Source: a bacterium
Lineage (GTDB): Bacteria > Patescibacteriota > Minisyncoccia > Minisyncoccales > GCA-002788555
Length of the DNA stretch: 34,801 nt
NCBI GenBank assembly: GCA_021158595.1
Contig: JAGGUF010000079.1
Coordinates: 1-34,801, forward strand
Reading direction: 5' to 3'
Both the position numbers and the translations under genes were made by a program. Shown one piece after another: positions 1 to 7,426 of the stretch; the first letter of the stretch is position 1; each line of letters begins with the position of its first letter. The notes under the pieces were generated by a model, which searched no databases, was not told where the DNA came from, and saw only the letters and a program-made list of their open reading frames with translations.

Positions 1-374
1 GGGATTATTAAAACATTGGAAATATTTCCAGTTTTGTCCATAAATGGTAAAAAGTGTCAACTTTCATCTTGCATATAACCGTTTTTAATGAAATTGAAAA
101 ATTAAATTTAGTTGAGTCTGCCCGTTGGGCCTCTGAAAGATTGAAGACTTCTGAGATATAAATCTTCTCAAATTCTTAAGAATAATGGAATATTTATGAA
201 AGTTACTCTTTCAATGTTTGTGGTTGGAAATCAGTTCTTTCAAAAGGAAAGTTTCTACTCTCTTTTCAAGAAACTCTTTTGGAAAATCCTTTGGTGGAGA
301 AATTATTTCCCCTTCTTTTTTTTAATGAAAGTTTGGATCGCCTTTTTGCTAAAGAAACCAAAGTTAAATCGAGA

Positions 375-1046
375 CTATAGCCAATTAGGGAAAAAATTGA
401 AAAAGAAAAGTAAAATTAAAAGAGAGATGGTGGGAATTGAAATGTTATCATCAATGAATTCAAGTTTTTCAAAAATTGTAGCAAAAATTGCTGCAATTAT
501 CCCTGCCCATCCCATTTTAAGACCGATCAATATACAAGTAAGAAGCATTGCTAAAGAACCTTCCCAGGCTTTAATTCTCCTTTTGTATTTTAAATTCCTG
601 ACGATTCCGGAAACACCATCTCCAAAGGACATAAAAAGAGCAGAAATTACTCCCAACCAAAAAGATTTATCAAAAAACCAGCCAATTAAAATAACAATTC
701 CCCACATCAAACAAAAGTTAACCTCGTGAATGTTTTCTTTCACTTGAAACCAATCAAAGAGTTTTCCCCTTTTGTGAGGAAAAAAGGTATAGATCGCTAA
801 TAAAATTGCTGAGAAAAAAGGCACAATTGGCTCACGAAAGAAAAATGGAATCAAAAGGGCAACAATTCCTGAAGCAAAAATATGGATGAATTTCCTTGCA
901 AAATAGGTTGCTGAATCTTTTGGATAGCCCCTTTTTAAAGCAAATCTAAAAACAAATTTTGCTAAAACCTGAACAACAAGCAAAACCCACAAAAAAAGCG
1001 GCAAAAACAAAATTAAATCATGGAAAATATCAACCTTTGTTATCAT
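375..1046 (-). CDS. Dolichol/polyprenol kinase-like (phosphatidate cytidylyltransferase superfamily) integral membrane protein
   Basis: 223 aa multi-TM protein with ARKFIHI, SFGDGVSGIV, KAWEGSLA and IDDNISIP motifs typical of the CTP-dependent isoprenoid-alcohol kinase family. Confidence 0.75.
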   Translation of the reverse strand: MITKVDIFHDLILFLPLFLWVLLVVQVLAKFVFRFALKRGYPKDSATYFARKFIHIFASGIVALLIPFFFREPIVPFFSAILLAIYTFFPHKRGKLFDWFQVKENIHEVNFCLMWGIVILIGWFFDKSFWLGVISALFMSFGDGVSGIVRNLKYKRRIKAWEGSLAMLLTCILIGLKMGWAGIIAAIFATIFEKLEFIDDNISIPTISLLILLFFFNFFPNWL

Positions 1047-1057
1047 AATCTAATAGT

Positions 1058-1331
1058 TGTAAAGTTTCACCACGTTGTTCACAATTAGGACAAGTTTCTC
1101 TTTAATCTTTTTGTATTTGGCTTTTGCCTTTTCCCTATATTTTTCCCTCCCCCACCTATATCCTCCCCCTCCCTAAGGGAGGAGGAGGATTGAGGAGGAT
1201 CTCCTCAATTTCCTCCTCCTTCCAGAGGGAGGGGGAGGATTAAGGTGGGGATCCCCCAAAATCCTCCCCCTCCCACAGGGAGGGGGAGGATTAAGGAGGG
1301 GGAGGGAATTCCTTATTGGTGAAACTGTACA
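1058..1331 (-). mobile_element. Internally deleted IS481-type insertion sequence remnant / MITE (274 bp)
   Basis: Ends TGTAAAGTTTCACCA (1058-1072) and TGGTGAAACTGTACA (1317-1331) are a 14/15 inverted repeat with TGT...ACA termini; perfect 6-bp direct repeat AATAGT at 1052-1057 and 1332-1337; minus strand 1145-1051 reads EKYREKAKAKYKKIKEKLVLIVNNVVKLYNY*, like an IS481 transposase C-terminus running through the right IR. Confidence 0.8.
1145..1306 (+). repeat. Triplex/hairpin repeat copy R1: three tandem core units, no terminal arms
   Basis: ATCCTCCCCCTCCC-N3-GGGAGGGGGAGGAT-like hairpins start at 1160, 1210 and 1261 (50-51 bp period), bounded by CCCTCCCCCACCT and AGGAGGGGGAGGG. Confidence 0.95.
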
Positions 1332-1391
1332 AATAGTTTTTTGGCTTTGCTCTTTGATTTTTTAAAACTCAAAAAGAGAGATTTTATAATG

Positions 1392-1479
1392 CGGCGGGAG
1401 GAGGATTCGAACCTCCGGCAGGGATAAACCCTGCACTTGTTTTCGAAACAAGCCTGTTAAACCACTCCAGCATCCCGCC
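1392..1479 (-). tRNA. tRNA-Ser(CGA)
   Basis: Cloverleaf on minus strand: acceptor GGCGGGA/TCCCGCC, anticodon arm CTTGT-TTCGAAA-ACAAG, long variable arm GCAGGG...CCCTGC, GGTTCGAATCC T-arm; CCA not encoded. Confidence 0.95.
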
Positions 1480-1482
1480 TTA

Positions 1483-1558
1483 TGGCGCCGCTTAGGGGAG
1501 TCGAACCCCTGTTACATGGCTGAGAACCATGCGTCCTGAACCACTAGACGAAAGCGGC
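1483..1558 (-). tRNA. tRNA-Glu(CTC)
   Basis: Acceptor GCCGCTT/AAGCGGC, anticodon arm CATGG-TTCTCAG-CCATG, GGTTCGACTCC T-arm, encoded CCA. Confidence 0.95.
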
Positions 1559-1573
1559 ATTTTTAATTTTATT

Positions 1574-2182
1574 TTACCTTCTTTGAAAAAATTTCACAAG
1601 TAAAACTCCGAGTAAAAAACCTACAATATGAGCAGATGTTGCTATTCTCTCATCTGGAAGTAGAAACTGATAAACAAACCATATAAAAAGAAATACTATG
1701 GCAGGAATACTAACGGTAGTTAAAAAGAAGCCTAAAGGAACCAAGGTTCTTATTCTATTTCGAGGGTAAAGAACAAGATACCCTCCAAGTACTCCTGAAA
1801 CCGCTCCAGAAGCACCAATGGTAGGTATATTTATATTTGAGGTTAAAAAACAATAACTAAAATTGGCAATCAACCCACATAAAAGATAAAACACCAAAAA
1901 GCGGATTCTGCCCATTGCATGTTCCAGGTTATCTCCAAAAACCCATAAAAACCACATATTGCCAATTAAATGAAAAAAACCGCCATGCAAGAACATAGAA
2001 GAAAAGAGAGTACCAATTCGCTGACCAGCCAGAATGTTAGCAGGAACCATTCCAAAGGTCTTAATTGTTTCTTCAAGATGAGGGAATGTAAAAAGGAAAA
2101 TTATTGTATTTAAAAAAATCAATCCAATGGTAACAACTGGAGTTTTATGAAAGGAATATCCCTCATCATAAAGAGGTAACAT
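1574..2182 (-). CDS. Rhomboid family intramembrane serine protease
   Basis: SMFLHGGFFHLIGNMWFLWVFG, catalytic GASGA, AHIVGF. Confidence 0.95.
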   Translation of the reverse strand: MLPLYDEGYSFHKTPVVTIGLIFLNTIIFLFTFPHLEETIKTFGMVPANILAGQRIGTLFSSMFLHGGFFHLIGNMWFLWVFGDNLEHAMGRIRFLVFYLLCGLIANFSYCFLTSNINIPTIGASGAVSGVLGGYLVLYPRNRIRTLVPLGFFLTTVSIPAIVFLFIWFVYQFLLPDERIATSAHIVGFLLGVLLVKFFQRR

Positions 2183-2191
2183 AAAGGTTTA

Positions 2192-2214
2192 AAATTCTAA
2201 ATTTCAAATTCTAA
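2192..2214 (+). repeat. Degenerate 7-bp tandem repeat (AAATTCT/AAATTTC)
   Basis: aaattct aaatttc aaattct aa just upstream of the rhomboid start codon. Confidence 0.55.
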
Positions 2215-2229
2215 GTAGCGAATTCAAAT

Positions 2230-2322
2230 CCCTCCCCACCTATATCCTCCTCCCAGGTGGAGGAAGAAGATTAAGGAGGGAGTGGGAGAATATCAAAGCA
2301 TTACCAAAGTGGTTGGCAATTA
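2230..2322 (+). repeat. Triplex/hairpin repeat copy R2: one core unit plus 36-bp right arm
   Basis: CCCTCCCCACCTATATCCTCCTCCC..GGAGGAAGAAGATTAAGGAGGGAGTGGG then AGAATATCAAAGCATTACCAAAGTGGTTGGCAATTA; terminal TTA is the ctpA stop codon. Confidence 0.9.
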
Positions 2323-3483
2323 AAATTTAGATAATTCTTCTATACCTCTTTCTAATTGAAGATCTTTTCCCTTTTCTATATCCTCCTTTCTTTCTAAAAT
2401 TTCTATATCTGGAGAAATTCCATTGCCCTCAATACACTTACCAGAAGGTAAAAGCCAGTGAGCAACAGTTAATTTTAAAGAAGATCCACCTTTTAAAGGA
2501 ACAAATTCCTGAACTGTGCCCTTTCCAAAACTTCTTTCACCAATTAATTTAGTATTAGAGGGATAATTCTCTTTTAAGGCCCCGGCTAAAATCTCAGAGG
2601 CAGAGGCAGAACCCTTGTTTATCAAAATAACTATTTTAAGACTTGAAAGGGTTCCTGGACCCTTTGATTTTATCTCTTTAACTTTTCCCTCCCCAAGATC
2701 TTCTTTTACAATTATTCTTCCTTTTTCAATAAAGAAATTTCCGATATCTACAGCAGCCGAGAGATAGCCTCCAGGATTGTTTCGGAGATCAAGAATGATC
2801 TTTTTTATATTTTTATTAAGAATCTCTTGGTATACCCTTTCAAATTCTGAGGGCGCATCTTCATAAAAATTGTAAAGTTGAACATAAGCAATGTCGTTTT
2901 TGAGAATAGTCAAGTCAAGGGTAGGAATATCAATTTTGGCTCTGATAATCTTCTTGTTAAAAATTTGATCTCCTCTTTTAATCTTTAAATTTACCATTGT
3001 TCCTCTTCTTCCTCTAATTTTCATTACTGCTTGGATTAAACTCATTTTTTTTGTGCTTTCACCATTTACCTCTAAAATCTTATCTCCTGGCAAAAGTCCA
3101 GCCGCTTCTGCCGGAGTACCCTTAATAGGAGAGATTATTGTAAGCACATTGTCTCGAATACCAATCTCTGCTCCAATTCCTTCATAACTTCCGGTAAGAT
3201 TTTCTTTAAATTGGGAGGTTTCTTCAGGAGAAAGAAAGTCTGAATAAGGATCACCCAGGCTATCTACCAAGCCCTGGATGGCTCCATACAGCATTTTCTC
3301 TTTATCTTTTTCGGAGAAGTTATAAAACTTGGTTTCAATCTCATGCCAGGCTTCAAAAAAGGGAGTAAAGTCTGTTCCTTTTTGAAGTTCGATATTAAGT
3401 TTCTGATTAAAGAAATATCCTGTCCAGAATCCAATTACCAAAATTAAGGTTAAGATAAAAATAAACTTCAAATCCAATTTCAT
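2320..3483 (-). CDS. ctpA: S41 family C-terminal processing peptidase
   Basis: N-terminal TM, PDZ (GIGAEI), DLRNNPGG, SASASEI, GERSFGKGTVQ motifs. Confidence 0.93.
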   Translation of the reverse strand: MKLDLKFIFILTLILVIGFWTGYFFNQKLNIELQKGTDFTPFFEAWHEIETKFYNFSEKDKEKMLYGAIQGLVDSLGDPYSDFLSPEETSQFKENLTGSYEGIGAEIGIRDNVLTIISPIKGTPAEAAGLLPGDKILEVNGESTKKMSLIQAVMKIRGRRGTMVNLKIKRGDQIFNKKIIRAKIDIPTLDLTILKNDIAYVQLYNFYEDAPSEFERVYQEILNKNIKKIILDLRNNPGGYLSAAVDIGNFFIEKGRIIVKEDLGEGKVKEIKSKGPGTLSSLKIVILINKGSASASEILAGALKENYPSNTKLIGERSFGKGTVQEFVPLKGGSSLKLTVAHWLLPSGKCIEGNGISPDIEILERKEDIEKGKDLQLERGIEELSKF

Positions 3484-3509
3484 AAACTTCTAATTTTCTA
3501 AATAGGTTA

Positions 3510-4481
3510 TTATTTGCTCTTTACTGTTGTTTTCTTAAAGGAACCTACAGAATCACTATTGCTTCCCGCATATTGAAATATATTTTGGCATCTTTGCTGA
3601 ATCTCTGAAAAATCCCCTCCTTTAGGTAAAAGGATATAAGCCCCGGCGCGGGTATGGGTTGAATAAAGATAGTTTGATTTATCAAAAACCATCTTGGTCA
3701 TTTTCTTGATTTTGAAAGAAGAAGCCATTTGTATCAAGTCCTTCATTTGAGAAAGGGGAAGATCTGTTTCTATATGTCTGTTCAGACTATTAAAAATCCC
3801 CCAGATCTTATCAGGCCTGGTTAAAAGTTGTAAAGAAAAAACCTTATCTTTAATAGCCTCAAGAACCTTCTGTTGGCGTCTCATTCTTCCAAAATCAGAA
3901 TCAATACTTCTTGATCCTATATAAGCCAAGGTTTCTGTTCCTGAAAGATGATTTTTCCCAGGATGAATTTTTACATAATTGCCATAAAAATCTGTGGAAA
4001 AATATCTATCCTCCCAAACATCAATTCCTCCCAGGGTATCTACTATCTCTTTAAGAGCATAAACATCTCCTTTTATTCCAAAATCAATATCAAGGCCTGT
4101 AACCTTCTCTACCACCTCCTCTGCCAACTTTAATCCTCCTCCATTGGGGTCTTTTCTCTCTCCTACCACATAGGCATAATTTATTTTTTGCTTTCCATAT
4201 CCAGGTATAGAAACCCAAAGATCACGAGGAATAGAAATTAAAGCCGCCTCTCCAGTGTCCTTTTTGTAAGAAAAAATCATTATGCTATCAGTAAGTCCTC
4301 CTAAGGGTTGTTCTCCCAAAATTAAAATATCCCATCTTTGATCCTCTTTTGGCAAGAAAGAGAAATCAGGATTTTCAACACTTATGACAGAAAAGGTATG
4401 AGCGCCTTTTAGAAAAATTACTCCTGCCAAAATAAAAAATAACCCCAAAACAAATAAAATAACCTTTTTGAGTTTATTCAT
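3510..4481 (-). CDS. LCP (LytR-CpsA-Psr) family protein
   Basis: N-terminal TM; TDSIM, SIPRDLWV, KINYAY, SDFGRMRRQQ motifs. Confidence 0.93.
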   Translation of the reverse strand: MNKLKKVILFVLGLFFILAGVIFLKGAHTFSVISVENPDFSFLPKEDQRWDILILGEQPLGGLTDSIMIFSYKKDTGEAALISIPRDLWVSIPGYGKQKINYAYVVGERKDPNGGGLKLAEEVVEKVTGLDIDFGIKGDVYALKEIVDTLGGIDVWEDRYFSTDFYGNYVKIHPGKNHLSGTETLAYIGSRSIDSDFGRMRRQQKVLEAIKDKVFSLQLLTRPDKIWGIFNSLNRHIETDLPLSQMKDLIQMASSFKIKKMTKMVFDKSNYLYSTHTRAGAYILLPKGGDFSEIQQRCQNIFQYAGSNSDSVGSFKKTTVKSK

Positions 4482-4484
4482 ATG

Positions 4485-4557
4485 TGCCTCCGCCGCGACT
4501 CGAACGCGGAACCTTGGGCTTAAAAGGCCCCTACTCTACCAATTGAGTTACGGAGGC
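4485..4557 (-). tRNA. tRNA-Lys(TTT)
   Basis: Acceptor GCCTCCG/CGGAGGC, D stem ACTC/GAGT, anticodon loop CTTTTAA (top stem pair is a G-A mismatch), T-arm CCGCG-TTCGAGT-CGCGG; CCA not encoded. Confidence 0.92.
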
Positions 4558-4565
4558 AGATTATT

Positions 4566-4593
4566 ATTTTACCCCAAAATAAAAAAATTTCAA
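4566..4593 (-). promoter_or_regulatory. Putative sigma70 promoter for tRNA-Lys and downstream genes
   Basis: TTGAAA-16 nt-TAAAAT ending 8 nt upstream of the tRNA 5' end. Confidence 0.5.
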
Positions 4594-4620
4594 GACCGAT
4601 ATTATTGTCAGTTTTTAGTG

Positions 4621-6336
4621 TCACTTGTTAGGGGGTATTCCCAGGTAACTAAAAAGATATTGAGCAATATCATGAAAAACAGGAGCCAAAGAATCTGAAG
4701 AGAATCTTACACCATGAGGATTATCCAATTTCAAAAAAATTAAAAATTCAGGATCAAAGGCTGGAGCAAAACCCACAAAGGAATGAATGGTTCTGTCAGG
4801 AAAGTACCCTCCTCTTTTAATATCAGGAACCTGGGCAGTTCCTGTTTTACCGGCAATTAAATATCCATCCACTCCTGCCTTCTTTCCATAGCCCCTTTTT
4901 ACCACACTTACCATCATTGCCGTAAGATAAAAGGCAGTTTGGGGAGAGATAACCTGACAAAGAGTCTCTGGCTGAATCTCTTCTTCTGTTTTATCGGGAT
5001 GAATAATTTTTTTCACTACATGGGGTCTTACCATCTTGCCTTGATTAGCAATAGCAGAAAAGGCAGCGACAATTTGAATGGGGGTAACGGCAATTCCCTG
5101 ACCAAAAGAAGCATTGGCATACTCGATTTTCTTTTCTTTTGATTTTGGATACAAAATATTGGAGATACTTCCCGGAACCTCCCCTGCCAGGTCAATCCCT
5201 GTTTTTTTACCAAAACCAAATTTTTTTACATATTCTATAAACTTCTCCCTCCCTAACTTTTCCTCTACAAACACTGCTCCAGTATTTAAAGAAAGTTCAA
5301 GAACCTCAGTCATTGTTTTTTCCCCATGACTTTTAAGATCTGCATTTCTTATAATATGAGAGCCTATTCTAACCTCTCCTTTATCAATATAGGTAGTATC
5401 AGGAGCCACCACTCCTTCCTCTAAAGCACCTGCCATTGTAATAGGTTTAAAAATTGAACCTGGTTCAAAGGGAATAGAAATGGCTGGGTTTTTATAATCT
5501 TCCATCTCAAATTTGGGAAACTCATTAGGATCAAATTTAGGTTTGTTTGAAGGTCCTCTGGAAGCCATTGCCAAGATCTCTCCTGTCTTGGGATCAGAGA
5601 CAATAATGGTCCCTCCATCGGCTCCATATTTTTTAACACTTTCCTCTAACTTCCCCTCAATAAAAAACTGAATATTATAATCTAAGGTTAAGACCAGATT
5701 ATCTCCATCTATAGGATCTTGGATTTTATTAAAAGAGGAAAATATCTCCCTTCCTTTTGCATCTACTACTCCCTCTCGAAACCCATCCTTCCCTCGAAGA
5801 TTATTCTGATAATATTCCTCCAAGCCATACTGTCCCTTGTTCTCTTTGTTACAAAAGCCTACCACATGAGAAGCCATCTCTCTTTGAGGATATTCCCTTT
5901 CAAAGTTCATTTCAAAATGAACCCCTTTGATATTTTTAATCTTCTCTCCTTCTGTTGCTGGAATCTCCTTTAAAAATACCCAGGGATCTTCTTTATTTGA
6001 TACCTTCTCAAAAACCTCTTTCTCATCCATTTCAAGTAGGTTTGCTAAAATCTTTGAGGTGCTTTCAGGATCTTCTATTTCTCTGGTCGCTATGTAAACC
6101 TTCCTTGTGCCTTTATTCTCTGCCAAAGGAATTTGTCCATCTGAGAAAGAAATAGTCCCTCTCTTTGCTAAAAGTTTAGACTTTCTGATATGTTGTGAAT
6201 CAGCCAATTTTTTATACTCATCATGCTTTATTATCTGAATGTAAAATAAGCGACCTACAATAGTCGCTGCTAATACAAAAAACAAAAAAATTAAAAAAGA
6301 AATGCGAAAATTATTAGAACTCATCCTTGAAAGCAT
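4621..6336 (-). CDS. ftsI: Class B penicillin-binding protein (FtsI/PBP3-like); alternative start ATG at 6324
   Basis: N-terminal TM, RGTI, REYP, EPGSIFK (SxxK), SLN (SxN), KTGTAQ; position after mraZ-ftsL. Confidence 0.88.
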   Translation of the reverse strand: MLSRMSSNNFRISFLIFLFFVLAATIVGRLFYIQIIKHDEYKKLADSQHIRKSKLLAKRGTISFSDGQIPLAENKGTRKVYIATREIEDPESTSKILANLLEMDEKEVFEKVSNKEDPWVFLKEIPATEGEKIKNIKGVHFEMNFEREYPQREMASHVVGFCNKENKGQYGLEEYYQNNLRGKDGFREGVVDAKGREIFSSFNKIQDPIDGDNLVLTLDYNIQFFIEGKLEESVKKYGADGGTIIVSDPKTGEILAMASRGPSNKPKFDPNEFPKFEMEDYKNPAISIPFEPGSIFKPITMAGALEEGVVAPDTTYIDKGEVRIGSHIIRNADLKSHGEKTMTEVLELSLNTGAVFVEEKLGREKFIEYVKKFGFGKKTGIDLAGEVPGSISNILYPKSKEKKIEYANASFGQGIAVTPIQIVAAFSAIANQGKMVRPHVVKKIIHPDKTEEEIQPETLCQVISPQTAFYLTAMMVSVVKRGYGKKAGVDGYLIAGKTGTAQVPDIKRGGYFPDRTIHSFVGFAPAFDPEFLIFLKLDNPHGVRFSSDSLAPVFHDIAQYLFSYLGIPPNK

Positions 6337-6409
6337 CCCCCCTTCCCTCTGGAAAGAGGATTAAGGAGAGGGAGGAAGAATATCAGAGCCTTAAAGTAGT
6401 TGGCAATTA
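6335..6409 (+). repeat. Triplex/hairpin repeat copy R3: degenerate core plus right arm
   Basis: ATCCCCCCTTCCCTCTGGAAAGAGGATTAAGGAGAGGGAGGA-AGAATATCAGAGCCTTAAAGTAGTTGGCAATTA fills the ftsL-ftsI gap. Confidence 0.88.
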
Positions 6410-6413
6410 TGTC

Positions 6414-6788
6414 TTATTTATTACCAAGGGCAGTAGATGAAGAGTAGTCTCCCTTAAGATATCTTACATCATTTGCCCTTACTAATTTTAGTTCCTTGGC
6501 TGCCTCCTGAAGTTTATCCAAAGAGGTAAATTCTTTAATCTGGGAATTAAGTCTTTCTATATCCTGCTCTAATTTTATCAATTCCTTTTCTTTGTCTCTC
6601 AAATCAAAATTTATCTCTACCATTTTTAGATTAAGATATAAATAAGAAAAAAAACAGAGAATAATCAAAAAGGAAACAAAAAATACAGGAAGATGACATC
6701 TGCCTTCTTTCCTTTTCAAAATTCTTCGGGTCTTAACCCTTTTTTTAGAGTAAGTTATTGAAGAAGTAACAGATAAAGCCTGGGGCAT
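6414..6788 (-). CDS. ftsL: Cell division protein FtsL-like
   Basis: Basic N-terminus, one TM helix, leucine-zipper coiled coil, SLDKLQEAAKELKL; located between mraZ and ftsI. Confidence 0.7.
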   Translation of the reverse strand: MPQALSVTSSITYSKKRVKTRRILKRKEGRCHLPVFFVSFLIILCFFSYLYLNLKMVEINFDLRDKEKELIKLEQDIERLNSQIKEFTSLDKLQEAAKELKLVRANDVRYLKGDYSSSTALGNK

Positions 6789-6803
6789 AAGAAAGTATTT
6801 GGG

Positions 6804-7235
6804 TTATACTCCTAACTGACTTAACCTCTCTGCCATATTTCCTACCTCTCTTTCTGATTTCTTCTGATATTCCTCCCATCTTTTATCATTCCAAAGTTCA
6901 ATGTGGTTATATAGACCTACTATTACTACTCTTTTTTTAAGATCGGCATATTTTTTTAAATAGTCTGGAATCAAAATCCTTCCTAAATTATCAAGGGTTA
7001 CCTCCATTGCTCCAGAAAGCATAATTCGCTGAAAACCTCGGGCATCGGCTCGACCCAAAGGAAGTTTTCCTAATTTCTCTGCCAACTTTTTCCACTCTCT
7101 TTCGGGATATAAGAATAGGCATCCATCAAGACCTCGCGTGATAATTACCTTCTTCTTGAGTTGTTGACGAAACTTGGCTGGTATAGACAACCGTTTCTTT
7201 TCATCTAATGAATATTGGTATTCACCTATAAACAC
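6804..7235 (-). CDS. mraZ: Division/cell wall cluster transcriptional repressor MraZ
   Basis: MFIGEYQYSLDEKKRLSIPAKFR, TRGLDGCLFLYP, LDNLGRILIP; GTG start. Confidence 0.97.
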   Translation of the reverse strand: MFIGEYQYSLDEKKRLSIPAKFRQQLKKKVIITRGLDGCLFLYPEREWKKLAEKLGKLPLGRADARGFQRIMLSGAMEVTLDNLGRILIPDYLKKYADLKKRVVIVGLYNHIELWNDKRWEEYQKKSEREVGNMAERLSQLGV

Positions 7236-7242
7236 AGTTCCA

Positions 7243-7322
7243 TTTTAACATCCTAACATACTAACATTTAACAATATTTAAGATTTAAAATGTTAGAATA
7301 CTAAAATGTTAAGATGTTAGTA
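7243..7322. repeat. Two inverted arrays of an 8-bp repeat (TTTTAACA/TACTAACA-like)
   Basis: ttttaaca tcctaaca tactaaca tttaaca (7243-7273) and tgttagaa tactaaaa tgttaaga tgttagta (7291-7322). Confidence 0.8.
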
Positions 7323-7330
7323 GAAATTCG

Positions 7331-7403
7331 GTTTTCCCCAAGGAAAGGGAGTTTTCCCCAACTTTTTCCACATTTTATCCTTTCATTTCCATTTTAATCC
7401 ACC
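7331..7403 (-). promoter_or_regulatory. Putative MraZ operator boxes
   Basis: On minus strand GTGGA, ATGGA, AAGGA, GTGGA, TGGGG motifs at about 10-11 bp spacing, plus exact repeat GTTTTCCCCAA at 7331 and 7351; MraZ is known to bind GTGG/TGGG repeats at its own promoter. Confidence 0.65.
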
Positions 7404-7418
7404 AAAATTTTTTGTCAA
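7391..7418 (-). promoter_or_regulatory. Putative sigma70 promoter of mraZ operon
   Basis: TTGACA (7418-7413)-16 nt-TAAAAT (7396-7391). Confidence 0.65.
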
Positions 7419-7426
7419 GCCCTAAC

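Noticed and set aside
211..370. Possible frameshifted gene fragment on the minus strand (..KKEGEIISPPKDFPKEFLEKRVETFLLKELIS..)
   Set aside because: No start codon, needs a frameshift in a T8 run and matches no family I can recognise
196..729. 177-aa + strand ORF
   Set aside because: Mostly the antisense shadow of the kinase gene; no recognisable motifs
1145..1306. Tandem 50-bp units as a CRISPR array
   Set aside because: Linkers are ~20 bp, related to each other and shared with the 30.7 kb locus; no unique spacers and no cas genes
2220..2333. Target duplications around one-armed copies R2, R3 and R4
   Set aside because: Best matches are weak (7/11 at R2, about 6/11 at R4, none at R3) in AT-rich DNA
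4621..4623. Alternative genetic code (TGA=Gly, code 25)
   Set aside because: TGA ends ftsI, proS, thrS and pfkB at expected lengths and no conserved gene is broken by in-frame TGA
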